Shown in pieces: positions 1-9,554 of a stretch of DNA of 64,000 nucleotides. This DNA comes from Deltaproteobacteria bacterium (GTDB lineage: Bacteria; Myxococcota_A; UBA796; CAJQPC01): assembly GCA_016717595.1 (NCBI GenBank), contig JADKFE010000001.1, positions 182,445 through 246,444 on the forward strand, read 5' to 3'. Under the pieces are notes generated by a model. That model saw only the letters and a list, made by a program, of their open reading frames with translations. It ran no database searches and had not been told where the DNA came from. Position numbers and translations under genes: made by a program. Position 1 is the stretch's first letter. Every line of letters starts with the position of its first letter.

Positions 1-296
1 GGCTCACCCCACAGAGCGCGCTCACCGTCGGCGAAGAGCTGCTCAAGGCGCGTGCGCTCACGGTCACCGCCTTGGCCAACCACGTTCAGGATCTTCTGCG
101 GCGCCGCCTGGTGAGCCCGTCCATCGGCCCGCGGCTAGAGGCCGCCGCGGATGAGGCCTTGGCCGATCTCGCCGCGAGCTGCGCGGTGCGCGCGGCCTGG
201 CTCGGCCCCATCGAGGGGGTGGCGCCGCCGCTGCGCCCCGCGCACATCGACTACCTCAGCCTGCTCGGGCGCTTTGGCAAGAAGGAGGAGGGCTGA
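1..296 (+). CDS. hypothetical protein, 3' end (open from window edge)
   Basis: The frame is open from base 3 to the TGA at 294-296. The TTG at 72 in the ORF track is only the first in-window start. The stop overlaps the next ATG (TGATG). No recognisable motif. Confidence 0.3.
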   Translation, partial: LTPQSALTVGEELLKARALTVTALANHVQDLLRRRLVSPSIGPRLEAAADEALADLAASCAVRAAWLGPIEGVAPPLRPAHIDYLSLLGRFGKKEEG

Positions 297-679
297 TGCC
301 GCACCCGGCGCTGCAGGCCGCGTTAGACGCCCGGCATGACCTGGGAAAATATGTGAGCCTCAACCTGCGCTTCTTGGCGCCCGACGCCGATCGTGCGGCG
401 CTGCGTGAGGCGCTGATCGCGGATCTCACCCAGACCCGCCGCGGGCAGAGCGGGTGCGAGTCCGCGCCAGAGGTGTGGGCGGCCTGTCGTGGGGGCCTCC
501 CGCCCGCCGCGCCCGAGACCGAGGAGGTAGACAAGGCGATTCAACACATACAGTCGCAGCTCCCCGGGCTGATGAACGACAGCCTCGATGACGACGCGCT
601 CCAGGCGCTCGCCCAGGCGGCACGAGGCGTCACCACGGCGCTCACGGCGCTCACCCGACGACTCAAGGACGCCCGCTGA
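296..679 (+). CDS. hypothetical protein
   Basis: 127-aa ORF with a GGAGGAGG Shine-Dalgarno-like run ending a few nt upstream of the ATG at 296. It is coupled to both neighbours by TGATG overlaps. No motif recognised. Confidence 0.4.
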   Translation: MPHPALQAALDARHDLGKYVSLNLRFLAPDADRAALREALIADLTQTRRGQSGCESAPEVWAACRGGLPPAAPETEEVDKAIQHIQSQLPGLMNDSLDDDALQALAQAARGVTTALTALTRRLKDAR

Positions 680-2289
680 TGGCCCGTCTGTTGATGGTGG
701 ATGATCAGGATCGGTACGCGACGCTGGTGCGCCGCGCCTTGCCCGAGCACGAGCTCGTGGGGCCCACACGCTCGTGGGCCGAGACCAAGGCGGCCCTGCG
801 TCGTCTGGGGCGCGGCGTCGATGTGGTGCTGCTGGATGTTCATTTTGACATCCCCGAGGCCGATCTCCTCGGGCTGCCCGAGTCGCCAAGCCCCAAAGAC
901 GTCGAGCGCGCCCGGCGCCAGCAGGGTCTACACATCTTAGAGGCCCTGCGCGGGAGCCACCCCGATCTGGCCGTGCTGTTGATGACCAGCCGGGATGACC
1001 TGCCCCTGGAGCAGGCCGCCGAGCGCCACCACGCTGAAGAATACACCTACTTCTTAGACGACGACCTCGCCGACGCCGACGCCCTGCGCGCCCAGATCGC
1101 GAACATCCTCGCCGCCCAGGCCGGAGAAGACAGCGACGGCCCGGTGTTCTGGGGGCGAAACCCGGCGCTGCGCCGCATCCGCGCCCAGCTCCTCACCTTG
1201 GCCCGGGGGCGGCTGCCGATCGTGCTGGGTGGCCCCACGGGCACAGGAAAGAGCCTCATCGCCCGGCACTTCATTCACCCGCGCTCGGGGCGAGAGGGCC
1301 GCTTCGTCTCGGTTGATCTCTCGACGATGCCCAAAGACCTTGTCACCGCCCACCTCTTCGGCGCCGCGCGGGGCAGCTACACCGGCGCCGTGGCCGACCG
1401 CAAAGGCGCGTTTGAGGAGGCCTCTGGCGGCACGCTGTTTCTGGACGAGATCGGCAACCTCGCGGAAGACGTCCAGAAGATGCTGTTGACCGTGCTGCAA
1501 GAGGGCGTGGTCACCCGTCTGGGCGACATGAAGGAGCGCCCCGTAGACGTGAAGCTCGTCGTGGCCACCCATGAGGATCTCCCCGCGCTCGTGCGCCAAG
1601 GCCGGTTTCGCGCCGATCTTTACATGCGCCTCAACCCCGCGTGTACGGTCTTGCTGCCGCCGCTTCGTGAGCGCCTGGGCGATCTCAACCGCCTGATCGA
1701 AGAGAGCTTTGAGAAGGCGCTCGCCGGGCCCTACCTGCGGGAGCTCGTCGAGGTCTACACACAGTCCTACGGCCTCACCGGGGCCAAGCTCACCTTGACC
1801 ACAGGCGACGAGGTGCCCGAGCCCGAGCCCGGCCTGCTGTGGGTGCTCCTGCCCCAGAAGGCCCTGGTGCTCCTGCGCCGCCACCCTTGGCCGGGAAACC
1901 TGCGCGAGCTGGTGATGACCATCGAGAACGCCCTGGTGTTCAGCTTCGCCGAGCTGGCGCAGCTTCGTGAGGTGGAGCGGCCGGATCTGGTGCAGCTTCG
2001 CCCCAAGCTCATCCGGGATCTGCTGCGCACCGGGGATCTCGACACAAACGAGCTGCCCGCGGATGGCTGGCGAGTGGAGGTCTCGGTGCGGGCCGCCGAG
2101 TCGCTCAACGACGTGGCGTTGGACATTGAGCGGCAGTATTTCTCCGCGTTGTGGCGGGCGTATGATGGGGACTTTCGGGAGATGGCGCGCTGCTTGATGA
2201 ACGATCCCGACTGCGCACGAAAGGTGCAGCTCCGCTTCAACCAGCTCGGCCTGAAGGTGCGTGACATGCGCGGGAGGGCTGAAGGTTGA
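679..2289 (+). CDS. sigma-54-dependent response regulator (NtrC-family enhancer-binding protein)
   Basis: N-terminal receiver (LLMVDDQD...VVLLDVHFD). AAA+ sigma-54 interaction domain with Walker A GGPTGTGKS, GGTLFLDEIG, a GAFTGA-loop variant 'RGSYTGA', and RFRADLYMRLN. The C-terminus has a Fis-type HTH-like segment. Confidence 0.85.
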   Translation: MARLLMVDDQDRYATLVRRALPEHELVGPTRSWAETKAALRRLGRGVDVVLLDVHFDIPEADLLGLPESPSPKDVERARRQQGLHILEALRGSHPDLAVLLMTSRDDLPLEQAAERHHAEEYTYFLDDDLADADALRAQIANILAAQAGEDSDGPVFWGRNPALRRIRAQLLTLARGRLPIVLGGPTGTGKSLIARHFIHPRSGREGRFVSVDLSTMPKDLVTAHLFGAARGSYTGAVADRKGAFEEASGGTLFLDEIGNLAEDVQKMLLTVLQEGVVTRLGDMKERPVDVKLVVATHEDLPALVRQGRFRADLYMRLNPACTVLLPPLRERLGDLNRLIEESFEKALAGPYLRELVEVYTQSYGLTGAKLTLTTGDEVPEPEPGLLWVLLPQKALVLLRRHPWPGNLRELVMTIENALVFSFAELAQLREVERPDLVQLRPKLIRDLLRTGDLDTNELPADGWRVEVSVRAAESLNDVALDIERQYFSALWRAYDGDFREMARCLMNDPDCARKVQLRFNQLGLKVRDMRGRAEG

Positions 2290-5039
2290 GACAGCTCTTT
2301 GGCGCGGGTCTCACCCTCTGGCTTGTGGGGGTTGGTGTCGCCGCGGCGCAGGATCCCGGCGTGCCCAACGATCCGGCGCCAGCGCAAGCGGAGGGCGAAG
2401 ACGGCGCGGATCTTGTGGGCCTCGGCCTCGACCCGGTCACCCGAGGCGTGTTTGTGGAGGCCGCGCGCCACGAGGCCCGAGGGAGCTGGGCCCGGGCGGC
2501 CTCGGCGTATAGCCTCGTGCTGGGCCGCGAGCCCACCTACGCCCCCGCCGTGCTCGGCCTCGCCCGCGCCCGCGAGCGCCAAGGCGACCGCCGCGCCGCT
2601 GAGGCCACCTTACGCACCTTGCCCATGGACGCCGACGCGGTGGAGGCCCTCGCCGCCCTGCTGGTAGAGGAGCGCCCGGCGGAGTCTGTGTCTCTGTATC
2701 GCACCTTGGGGACGCTGCGCCTGGGGGATCCCGCGCCGCTCTTGTTTGAGGCCGAGGCGGCGCTGCGCGCCCGAGACGTCGGCGGATCGGTGGCGGCCCT
2801 CGATCGATACCTCACGTTTGACGGGGCGAGCCGCAGCCCGGATCGTGTCGTCGAGCTGATGGTGGGCCTCGCCGCGGCATACAAAGACGCCGGTGACCGT
2901 GAGGCGGCGAAGATGTGGTTGCGGCGGGCGATTGAGCAGGCCCCCGACGGCGCCCTCGCCGAGGAGGCCCGGGCCCGGCTCGATCGTGTGCTCGTGGAGG
3001 AGGCCGCCGACAGCCTCGCCTTGGGCGGCGCCGAGGAGCTCGATCCCACCCTCACCGCCGCCCTGGATCTCGCCCGCCGGGCCCTCGCCGAGGGGGATCC
3101 CCAAGGGGCGGCTCGGCGTCTGGAGGAGCTCGCGAGCGTCGCGCCGCGCTCGCCGGAGATCTGGGGTGCGCTCGGTGAGGCCCGGCTGGCGCTGAACGAC
3201 GTCGCTGGCGCCGAACAGGCGCTGATGACGGCGGTGGCGCTGCAGCCCGACGAGGCCAACTGGCGGGTGAGCCTGGGGCGTCTCATCGCCCTGGAGTACG
3301 CTGGGCGCCGCCATCGTGAGGCCATCGAGGAGCTCAGCGTGGCGTTGACCCTGCGCCCGTCGTGGACCGAGCTTCGATATCACCTCGGCGTGCTGCACCA
3401 AGAGTCCGGCGAGGGGGTCGAGGCCTTACGCGCATTGGAGGAGTATCTGCGCGTGGCGCCAGAGGGTGTGTACGCCGAGGCCGCGCGCCTCGCCATCACC
3501 CGGCTCACCCGACCCCGCCCCGAGGCCCCGTCGGTGGAGCGTCTGAGCGCCGTGCCCCCAGACGGGGTGCCCCCTGAGGCGTGGCGGCGATATCGGCTCG
3601 CCCAGGTGTATCTGCGGGATCGCCAAGACGACGCCCGGGCCCTGGCGGAGATCGACGCGGCCTTGGCCCTGGACCCCGACTACACAGACGCCATCAACCT
3701 GCTCGCCCGGCTGCAGCTCCGCGCCGGCCAGCATGACGAGGCCCTGGCGACCTATGAGCGCAGCCTCACGATGAACCCCAATCAGCCACAGACGCTCTTG
3801 TCTGTGGGCTATGCGCTGCAGGCCGAGGGGCAGGTCGCCAAAGCCGCCGCGCGGTTTCGTGAGGCCGCCCGGGTGGGCGCCCCCGAGGCTTGGTACGCCT
3901 TGGCGGCCCTCGCCGAGCAGGACGGGCGCTGGATGGAGGCGCGTGAGCTCCTCGCCGAGTACTTCGCCCGCGCCGCCGGTGGCCGAGATCACGAGGCGGC
4001 CTTGGCCCTGCGCGCCTCGTTGGAGCGCCGCCTTCGGGCGACGGTGGGCCTGATCACCGGCGCCGCGGGGATCGTGCTGGGTGTGCCCCTGCTCATCCTG
4101 CGCAGACGACGCAGCGGCCTCACCCTCGACGCGCTCTTGCTCCAGCACCCCGAGTGTTACGAGGAGGTCACCGCCGCGCTCACCGCGATGCGACACGAGG
4201 TCATCAAACACAACACAACGGTGCTCAAGACCGTCGCTGACGCCTTAGACGCCGGAGACCCCGGCCCGGCGCAGGAGGCGCTCGGCCGTCTTGTGGCCCC
4301 TGACGGCGCCGTGGCCCGCTGGGAGTCGTCATTACGCGCGCTGGAGGCCCTGGGCGCGGGGCTCGGCCTGCGCCTGAACCTGCGTCACTTGGACCCCGCC
4401 TTGGCCCCGATGTGTCGGGCGTTTGACGCGCTTCGGCGCCAGGCGCGCCGGGCGCGGTCGGGCAGGGCGTCCGCCGCCGAGCTTCGCCGCATCTCGGACG
4501 CGCTGAACGGCGAAGGATATCGGGCGTTGGGCCGCCTCATTCGTGAGGCGAACGTGCGCACCCTAGACGAAGAGACGCTGCGCGCGGCCTGGGAGCGTGT
4601 GCGCGCCGAGCCCGCCTTTCATGCGCTGGCCCAGCGTGGGCAGGCGCTTCCTCACCTAACAATCCACACAGACGGCATGCACCTGCCCGTTCGGGCCAGC
4701 GCGCAGGAGCTCGACGACATCATCGTGAACCTCCTGCGCAACAACCTTCAGGCCACCCTCGCCGAGCGTGGTGATGACGCCCGCCTGGGCCTCATCTTGG
4801 AGGAGGAGCTCGACCCGGTCACCGGCTTAGAGGAGGTGGCGATGCGTTTCTGCGACAACGCCCGGTCTGTGCTCACCGATGAGATGATTCAGGGCCGCTA
4901 CATCGCCCGCGGCTTCGGCATCGTCGTCGAGCGGGTGCGCCGCCGCCGGGGGTCTGTGCGTGTTGAGCCCGCCGCGGCCCCCTACAACAAGGCCATCGTG
5001 GTGCGTCTGCCCCGGGCCGAGCGTGAGGACAACCCATGA
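2286..5039 (+). CDS. TPR-repeat sensor protein with TM helix and C-terminal histidine-kinase-like ATPase
   Basis: Signal-like N-terminus followed by about 600 aa of Ala/Leu/Arg-rich TPR-like repeats. TM segment VGLITGAAGIVLGVPLLIL. Possible H-box 'AMRHEVIKHN', N-box-like 'IIVNLLRNNLQA' and G-box-like 'ARGFGIVV'. TTGA overlap with the upstream gene and ATGA overlap with the downstream gene. Confidence 0.6.
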   Translation: MRQLFGAGLTLWLVGVGVAAAQDPGVPNDPAPAQAEGEDGADLVGLGLDPVTRGVFVEAARHEARGSWARAASAYSLVLGREPTYAPAVLGLARARERQGDRRAAEATLRTLPMDADAVEALAALLVEERPAESVSLYRTLGTLRLGDPAPLLFEAEAALRARDVGGSVAALDRYLTFDGASRSPDRVVELMVGLAAAYKDAGDREAAKMWLRRAIEQAPDGALAEEARARLDRVLVEEAADSLALGGAEELDPTLTAALDLARRALAEGDPQGAARRLEELASVAPRSPEIWGALGEARLALNDVAGAEQALMTAVALQPDEANWRVSLGRLIALEYAGRRHREAIEELSVALTLRPSWTELRYHLGVLHQESGEGVEALRALEEYLRVAPEGVYAEAARLAITRLTRPRPEAPSVERLSAVPPDGVPPEAWRRYRLAQVYLRDRQDDARALAEIDAALALDPDYTDAINLLARLQLRAGQHDEALATYERSLTMNPNQPQTLLSVGYALQAEGQVAKAAARFREAARVGAPEAWYALAALAEQDGRWMEARELLAEYFARAAGGRDHEAALALRASLERRLRATVGLITGAAGIVLGVPLLILRRRRSGLTLDALLLQHPECYEEVTAALTAMRHEVIKHNTTVLKTVADALDAGDPGPAQEALGRLVAPDGAVARWESSLRALEALGAGLGLRLNLRHLDPALAPMCRAFDALRRQARRARSGRASAAELRRISDALNGEGYRALGRLIREANVRTLDEETLRAAWERVRAEPAFHALAQRGQALPHLTIHTDGMHLPVRASAQELDDIIVNLLRNNLQATLAERGDDARLGLILEEELDPVTGLEEVAMRFCDNARSVLTDEMIQGRYIARGFGIVVERVRRRRGSVRVEPAAAPYNKAIVVRLPRAEREDNP

Positions 5040-5674
5040 CACAGGTGCTCATCGTCGAGGACGGCCAGGAGTACAGCGCCCTGTTTCAGCGGTATCTCAC
5101 CGAAGGGTTCAGCTTCACCCGCGCTGGTGACGGCCCCGAGGCCCTTCTGCTGCTACAGACGCGGGCCTTCGCCGTCATCTTCTTGGACATGCGGTTTGAC
5201 CGCGCCGAGCCCAGCCGCCTGCTGGGGGATCTCGCCGCCACCACGGCCCGCTTCACCGGCGACGAGGCCCAGGCCCGCCGCCACTTGGAGGACCACCAAG
5301 GCGTGTACATCCTCGCGGCCTTACGCGAGGCCGGGGTGAGCGTGCCCGTGGTGATGAGCTACGATTTTGACGGTGAGCCCCGGCGCTTCAAACACCTGGA
5401 GTCACGGTACGCGCCGCTCTCTTACCTCACCGATGACGCCGGGCCCGCCGAGATCCGCGCGGCGCTGGGGCGAGCGGGCGGCGGCTGCTCAGCGGGCGGT
5501 GAGTCGCCCCTCAGCCCCCGAAGACCCCACGCCCGACGGCCCGAAGTCTCGGCTCGGCGGCGAGGATCAGAAGCTCGGCCTCGACCAGCCACCCGGCGAG
5601 CGTTGACTCGGCCACCCCCTCGGGGCCCACACGAAGCCGCGTCGTCTGCGCTTGGGGCGGCCCGTCGCCGATAA
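5036..5674 (+). CDS. response regulator receiver-domain protein
   Basis: VLIVEDGQEY...VIFLDMRFD...VPVVMSY receiver pattern. The last ~60 aa are Arg/Pro/Ala-rich and run antisense into the convergent gene 5511..5936, so the true 3' end is doubtful. Confidence 0.6.
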   Translation: MTQVLIVEDGQEYSALFQRYLTEGFSFTRAGDGPEALLLLQTRAFAVIFLDMRFDRAEPSRLLGDLAATTARFTGDEAQARRHLEDHQGVYILAALREAGVSVPVVMSYDFDGEPRRFKHLESRYAPLSYLTDDAGPAEIRAALGRAGGGCSAGGESPLSPRRPHARRPEVSARRRGSEARPRPATRRALTRPPPRGPHEAASSALGAARRR

Positions 5675-5936
5675 GCAGCGCGCCAAACAGCACAAACCCC
5701 GCGTCGTCTCGGGCGGCGGTGAAGGTGAGGCGGGTCAAGGCGTCGGCGCGCTCGCCGCTGGGCGAGAGATCGACGCTCGCGGCGAAGGGCAGCGCCACGC
5801 TGCGGGTGAGATCCAGGGCGGCGTGGCCCAACGGCAGCTCCGTCGAGAGCCTGCTGGTGAGCGCCCAGAGCGCGGGCTCGACGGCGTCCTCGACACGTCG
5901 GAGGATCTCGGCGGGGGAGAGCGTCGTCATCATCAC
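5511..5936 (-). CDS. hypothetical protein
   Basis: 141-aa ORF with ordinary amino-acid composition. Its ATG overlaps the stop of the upstream cNMP-binding gene (ATGA at 5933-5936). Confidence 0.4.
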   Translation of the reverse strand: MMMTTLSPAEILRRVEDAVEPALWALTSRLSTELPLGHAALDLTRSVALPFAASVDLSPSGERADALTRLTFTAARDDAGFVLFGALLIGDGPPQAQTTRLRVGPEGVAESTLAGWLVEAELLILAAEPRLRAVGRGVFGG

Positions 5937-6475
5937 TCCGGCGGAAGCCAGACCGCTTCAGGGTCAACCGTCTCGTTCGCGGCGTCTTCAGCGCCCTCAA
6001 GCTGACGGCTCAAGAAGTACAGTCGGCGGTTGGCGGCCCGGAGCTGCTCGCTGAACGAGGTCGCCAGCAGCTCCCGCAGCGCCAAGGCCAGGCGACCGTC
6101 TAGGGTGCGCGGGGCGCCGTGAAGCAGCTCGCCCGGCAGCTCCAGACACAGAGACGGCGCCGTCGCGGCGATGGTGGCGGCGCGGGGAGAACCATCACAG
6201 AGGCTCATCGCGCCGAAGATAGCCCCCGGGCGCAGGCGGCCGATGCGCTCTTGTCCGCCGTCGGGCCGGGCGCGGCTCACCCGGGCGCTGCCCTCCAAGA
6301 GGATGTAGAACCGTGTCCCGGCGCTGCCCTCCCGGGTGATGGCCTCGCCCGGCGCCAGCTCCCGCAGCCGCGCGCGCTCGATGAGACGCACCTGGAGATC
6401 GTTCGGCAGGCCTCCCAGCAGCGGATGCTGGTGAATCGCGGCGCCGAGCGCCTCTTGGCGTTGTTCGGGGCCCAT
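5933..6475 (-). CDS. cyclic-nucleotide-binding domain protein
   Basis: cNMP-binding pattern: GEAITREGSAGTRFYILLEG...IGRLRPGAIFGAMSL...PRAATIAA. Confidence 0.7.
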   Translation of the reverse strand: MGPEQRQEALGAAIHQHPLLGGLPNDLQVRLIERARLRELAPGEAITREGSAGTRFYILLEGSARVSRARPDGGQERIGRLRPGAIFGAMSLCDGSPRAATIAATAPSLCLELPGELLHGAPRTLDGRLALALRELLATSFSEQLRAANRRLYFLSRQLEGAEDAANETVDPEAVWLPPE

Positions 6476-7051
6476 CTACACCCCCAGCCGCAAGAACCGC
6501 GCGAGCCAAGACCGGCGCGGCTGGTGAGGCGGCGCGGGGGGCTCTAAGGCCAGGCCCGGCTCGGCGCGCACCCGCGCGAGGCGCTCATACATCGCACGAA
6601 TTCGCCGCGCCATGTGGTGATCGATCTCCGAGAGCAGCCACAGCGCGGCGGGGTGCCCTTCAGCGCGCAGCTTCTGGTAGTCCTCGAGCGTGAGCGTGAG
6701 CGCCCAGAGCTCCGTCTCCGCCCGAGCGCTCGCCGACCGTTTGCGTCGGTCGAGCAGGCCAAGATCCCCCACAAAGTCCCCATCGCCCAGACGCCCCAAC
6801 AGCACGACACGCCCGTGCTCCAAGGCCCGCTCCACCCGCACCTGACCGCTGAGGATGAGGTAGGCCGGGCCCGGCGGGTCACCGGCGCCGAACAGCGGCG
6901 TCCCCGCGGCCAGGCGCACCGAGCCCATCAGCGCGAGCAGCTCGCCGAGATCCCGAGGGTCCAGCCGCGCGCTCTCAGGAAAGGCCCGGGTGATCGCCGC
7001 GAACAGCTCCGGATCGCCAAACAGGGTGTGCGCTGGGGCCTTGTCGCTCAT
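6476..7051 (-). CDS. cyclic-nucleotide-binding domain protein
   Basis: GTPLFGAGDPPGPAYLILSGQVRV...LGDGDFVGDLGLLDRRKRSASARA. It directly abuts the next cNMP-binding gene. Confidence 0.7.
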   Translation of the reverse strand: MSDKAPAHTLFGDPELFAAITRAFPESARLDPRDLGELLALMGSVRLAAGTPLFGAGDPPGPAYLILSGQVRVERALEHGRVVLLGRLGDGDFVGDLGLLDRRKRSASARAETELWALTLTLEDYQKLRAEGHPAALWLLSEIDHHMARRIRAMYERLARVRAEPGLALEPPAPPHQPRRSWLARFLRLGV

Positions 7052-7895
7052 CCTCTCACCGCCCGGCGTAACCAGCGTAAGCCCCGGCCGACGTGGTGAT
7101 AAAACGGCGTGCCCGAGGTGTCGGACTTGGGCTCATACGGCCCGCTGAGGTAGGGCACATACATCGAGCGCCGCAGGCTCGTGGGCCCCACCCGCGTGGA
7201 GGCCGCCACGCGGTGCCACAGGCGCCCATCATGCACGGTGAGATCCCCGGCAAGGTCTCGACGGCGATCTCCGCCGGGTCCGGCGCGTGCTGCAAGAAGT
7301 AGAGCTTGCGAAAGCACATGTCCATGAAGCCCTGGTTGTGGCTCCCCGGGATCAGCCGAAGACCGCCGTTGTCTGCGGTGATCTCATCGAAGTGAAGCCC
7401 CACGTTGAGCATCTGCTGGGGCATCCGCAGGTAAAACAGATCCCGCAGGCCGTCTGTGTGCCATCCCAGGCGCGGGTACTCGCTGCCGGGGTTGTTGAGG
7501 TAACGGTTGACGACGACGCCGTCCTTCTCGTCGTCACCGATGCGCGCGTCCTCACCGACAAGCCGCCGCACCGGCTCAAACCGTTGATCCCGCACAAAGT
7601 TACGCACCGTCTCCGAGAACATCGACGTGAACGCGAAGCGCTGCACAAACGGCCCCCCGGCGCTGTCTTTGCCCACGGTGAGCGGGATGCCGTACACCCA
7701 CCGCCGACCCTCCGCGATCCACCGCGCCTGCACCTCGTCCAAGGCCGCGGCGAGGGCCTCGATCTCATCGGGGCTAGCGACCCCGGCGAAGATCAAGAAG
7801 CCCCAACGATCCAAGAACGCCCGCTGCTCCGGGGTGATCTCCGGGCCGAGGGTGAAGCGGGGGACGTGGGTGAGCGTGGTCGTGAGGGCGTTCAT
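7048..7895 (-). pseudogene. phytanoyl-CoA dioxygenase (PhyH) family protein, frame-broken as sequenced
   Basis: The N-terminal 7056..7895 frame looks PhyH-like (RLGWHTDG...LNVGLHFDEITADNGGLRLIPGSHN). The C-terminal motif 'GDLTVHDGRLWHRV' lies in the 7048..7317 frame, whose stop forms an ATGA overlap with the next gene. The switch is at the C4/G4 run at 7245-7248, consistent with one missing base. Confidence 0.7.
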
Positions 7896-7965
7896 GGGGC
7901 AGGGGAGGTTGGGGGACAGAGGAGGATAGCACCTGGGCGGGCGGGGCGGGAGTCAGCGGCTCTGC

Positions 7966-8655
7966 TTAAGGCGGGTGCCGCGGGCCTCGGCGAGCTTCAC
8001 CGCGTGGCGTAAGCGCGGCAACACCGCGAGGGGTAGGGCGGAGGTCGCCGACAGCGGCCTCATAGGGCGTCAGCAGCGCCCGTACGGCCTTGAGCTGGGC
8101 GGCGTGTCCTGGCAAACCCAGGATGCGCTGAATCTTGCTGATCACCGCGTCGATGACGCTCTTTCGGCTGCGTACCAGGACCGCGGCGTTGAGGTTGAGC
8201 GTCGTGAGCAGCTCGACCTCATAGCGGGTGTCGTTCGCCGCCACCTTGCCATCGGGCAGGTATCGCACGAGCGTCTCTGTGTCGGGTGTCGGCGCGGCGG
8301 GGTTGAGGGCGAGAGGTTGGTTCCCGCGAGACTTGTCACAGTGGAGGGGGCTCAGGAGCTTACCGTCTGCCCTGAGCCACTCATCTTGTTGACCGCCTGG
8401 GCAGACCGCCAGGAGGTTTCGCCACTCAAAGTGGCTGGTGTTGGGGTCGCTTCGGGGGCGCCAATGCTCTAGACTCGTCGTGCGGTCCCGCAGCAGCCGA
8501 CCGTTGCAGTACGCGCAGAGGCCACGCTGCTCGGCGATCGCCGCGTCACGCAGCGCCTCCTTGTCGCCGGGGCCCTCTTCGCCCCAGGTTGCCCGCTGGG
8601 CGTGCAGTCTCACCGCCGCAGGGGGCGGCGCACCCTTCTGAATCGTCCGCATCAC
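7966..8655 (-). CDS. HNH endonuclease, TIGR02646/PtuB-like
   Basis: CAYCNGRL...SLEHWRPRS...WRNLLAVCPG...HCDKSRGN matches the Cys/His pattern of the HNH partner of Septu-type ATPases. The start (GTG 8655 or ATG 8652) overlaps the ATPase stop. Confidence 0.7.
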   Translation of the reverse strand: MMRTIQKGAPPPAAVRLHAQRATWGEEGPGDKEALRDAAIAEQRGLCAYCNGRLLRDRTTSLEHWRPRSDPNTSHFEWRNLLAVCPGGQQDEWLRADGKLLSPLHCDKSRGNQPLALNPAAPTPDTETLVRYLPDGKVAANDTRYEVELLTTLNLNAAVLVRSRKSVIDAVISKIQRILGLPGHAAQLKAVRALLTPYEAAVGDLRPTPRGVAALTPRGEARRGPRHPP

Positions 8656-9554
8656 CCCTCCGCGAGCATCAAGAGCGTCTCAATGCGCGCTAACTCGGGG
8701 TCGTCGTGCTCTAAGGTCGTTCGAAGCTCCTCGTAGATCGCCCGGGCCTCGGCGGTGTGGTCGTCGAGCAGGTCGTAGAGCCTTGCGAGCTTCTCCATGA
8801 TCGCCTCCGGTCGCTCGGGAACCTCAAACACCGTGTCGAGCAGGGTGTTGGTGTCGCGGCCAAAGGTCTTGGGGTGGCCGGGCAAAAACTTGAAGTCTTT
8901 CATCATCACCACGGCCTCGCTGGGCACCGAGGCGAGCACCTGGGGCGAGTGGGTGGTCACCATGAGCTGGACCTTGGGGAACGCGGCGCGCAGGGCTGGC
9001 ATCACCCGGCGCTGCCAGCCGGGGTGAAGGTGGAGATCGATCTCGTCGGCGAGTAGCACACCGGGGGAGGCTGTGGGGTCGGAGAGGTGGGGATTGAGGA
9101 TGGCCATCCGCCGAGCCACGTCACCGACGAGGAGGATGAGGCGGCGCTCGCCGTCGGAGAGCTGGTCGAGGTAGAGAGGGGTGCCGTCCTTCTCGATGGT
9201 GAGGCGGCCCCTTACGGTGCCAAGTGGGCCGCTGACATGCGTCCGAACTACGCGGAGATGCGCAAGCCGTTCGCCACGAAGGTGTTGAAGAAAACGTTGA
9301 ACGGCATCCCTGACCGCGCGGAGCGGCGGGAGTTGGAGACCGAGCGTGCCCCGTCGCAGACGTTGTTCATTCTCAATATTCTCCTCAGCTTCGTACCACG
9401 TCTCAAAGTCTTCAAAATGTGTAGCCTCCTGATCGAATGCGCCGATATATGCGGTTAGGCGACCCTTAGACCATTTACCTGATCGAAGGAAGTCGAGGAT
9501 GTTGCGAGTCGAGCTGCTATGTAAATATGAAAAACCGGAAGTGTAAGCCGGGCA
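8652..9554 (-). pseudogene. ABC/AAA_15-type ATPase (PtuA-like), N-terminally truncated remnant
   Basis: My hand translation shows the frame open from the stop at 9555-9557 down to 8652, but with no ATG/GTG/TTG before 9119. It encodes the signature 'LSDGERRL', Walker B 'VLLADEIDLHLHP' and H-loop 'VTTHSP'. No Walker A is present. The 5' part (9360-9590) is AT-rich (one 60-nt line hand-counted at 40% G+C). Confidence 0.65.

Noticed and set aside
5480-5674. A 164-nt convergent overlap between the receiver gene tail (5036..5674) and the gene at 5511..5936.
   Set aside because: It could be a real overlap or another hidden indel. A neighbouring frame would end the receiver at a TGA near 5500. I could not decide from the sequence, so it is noted only as doubtful.
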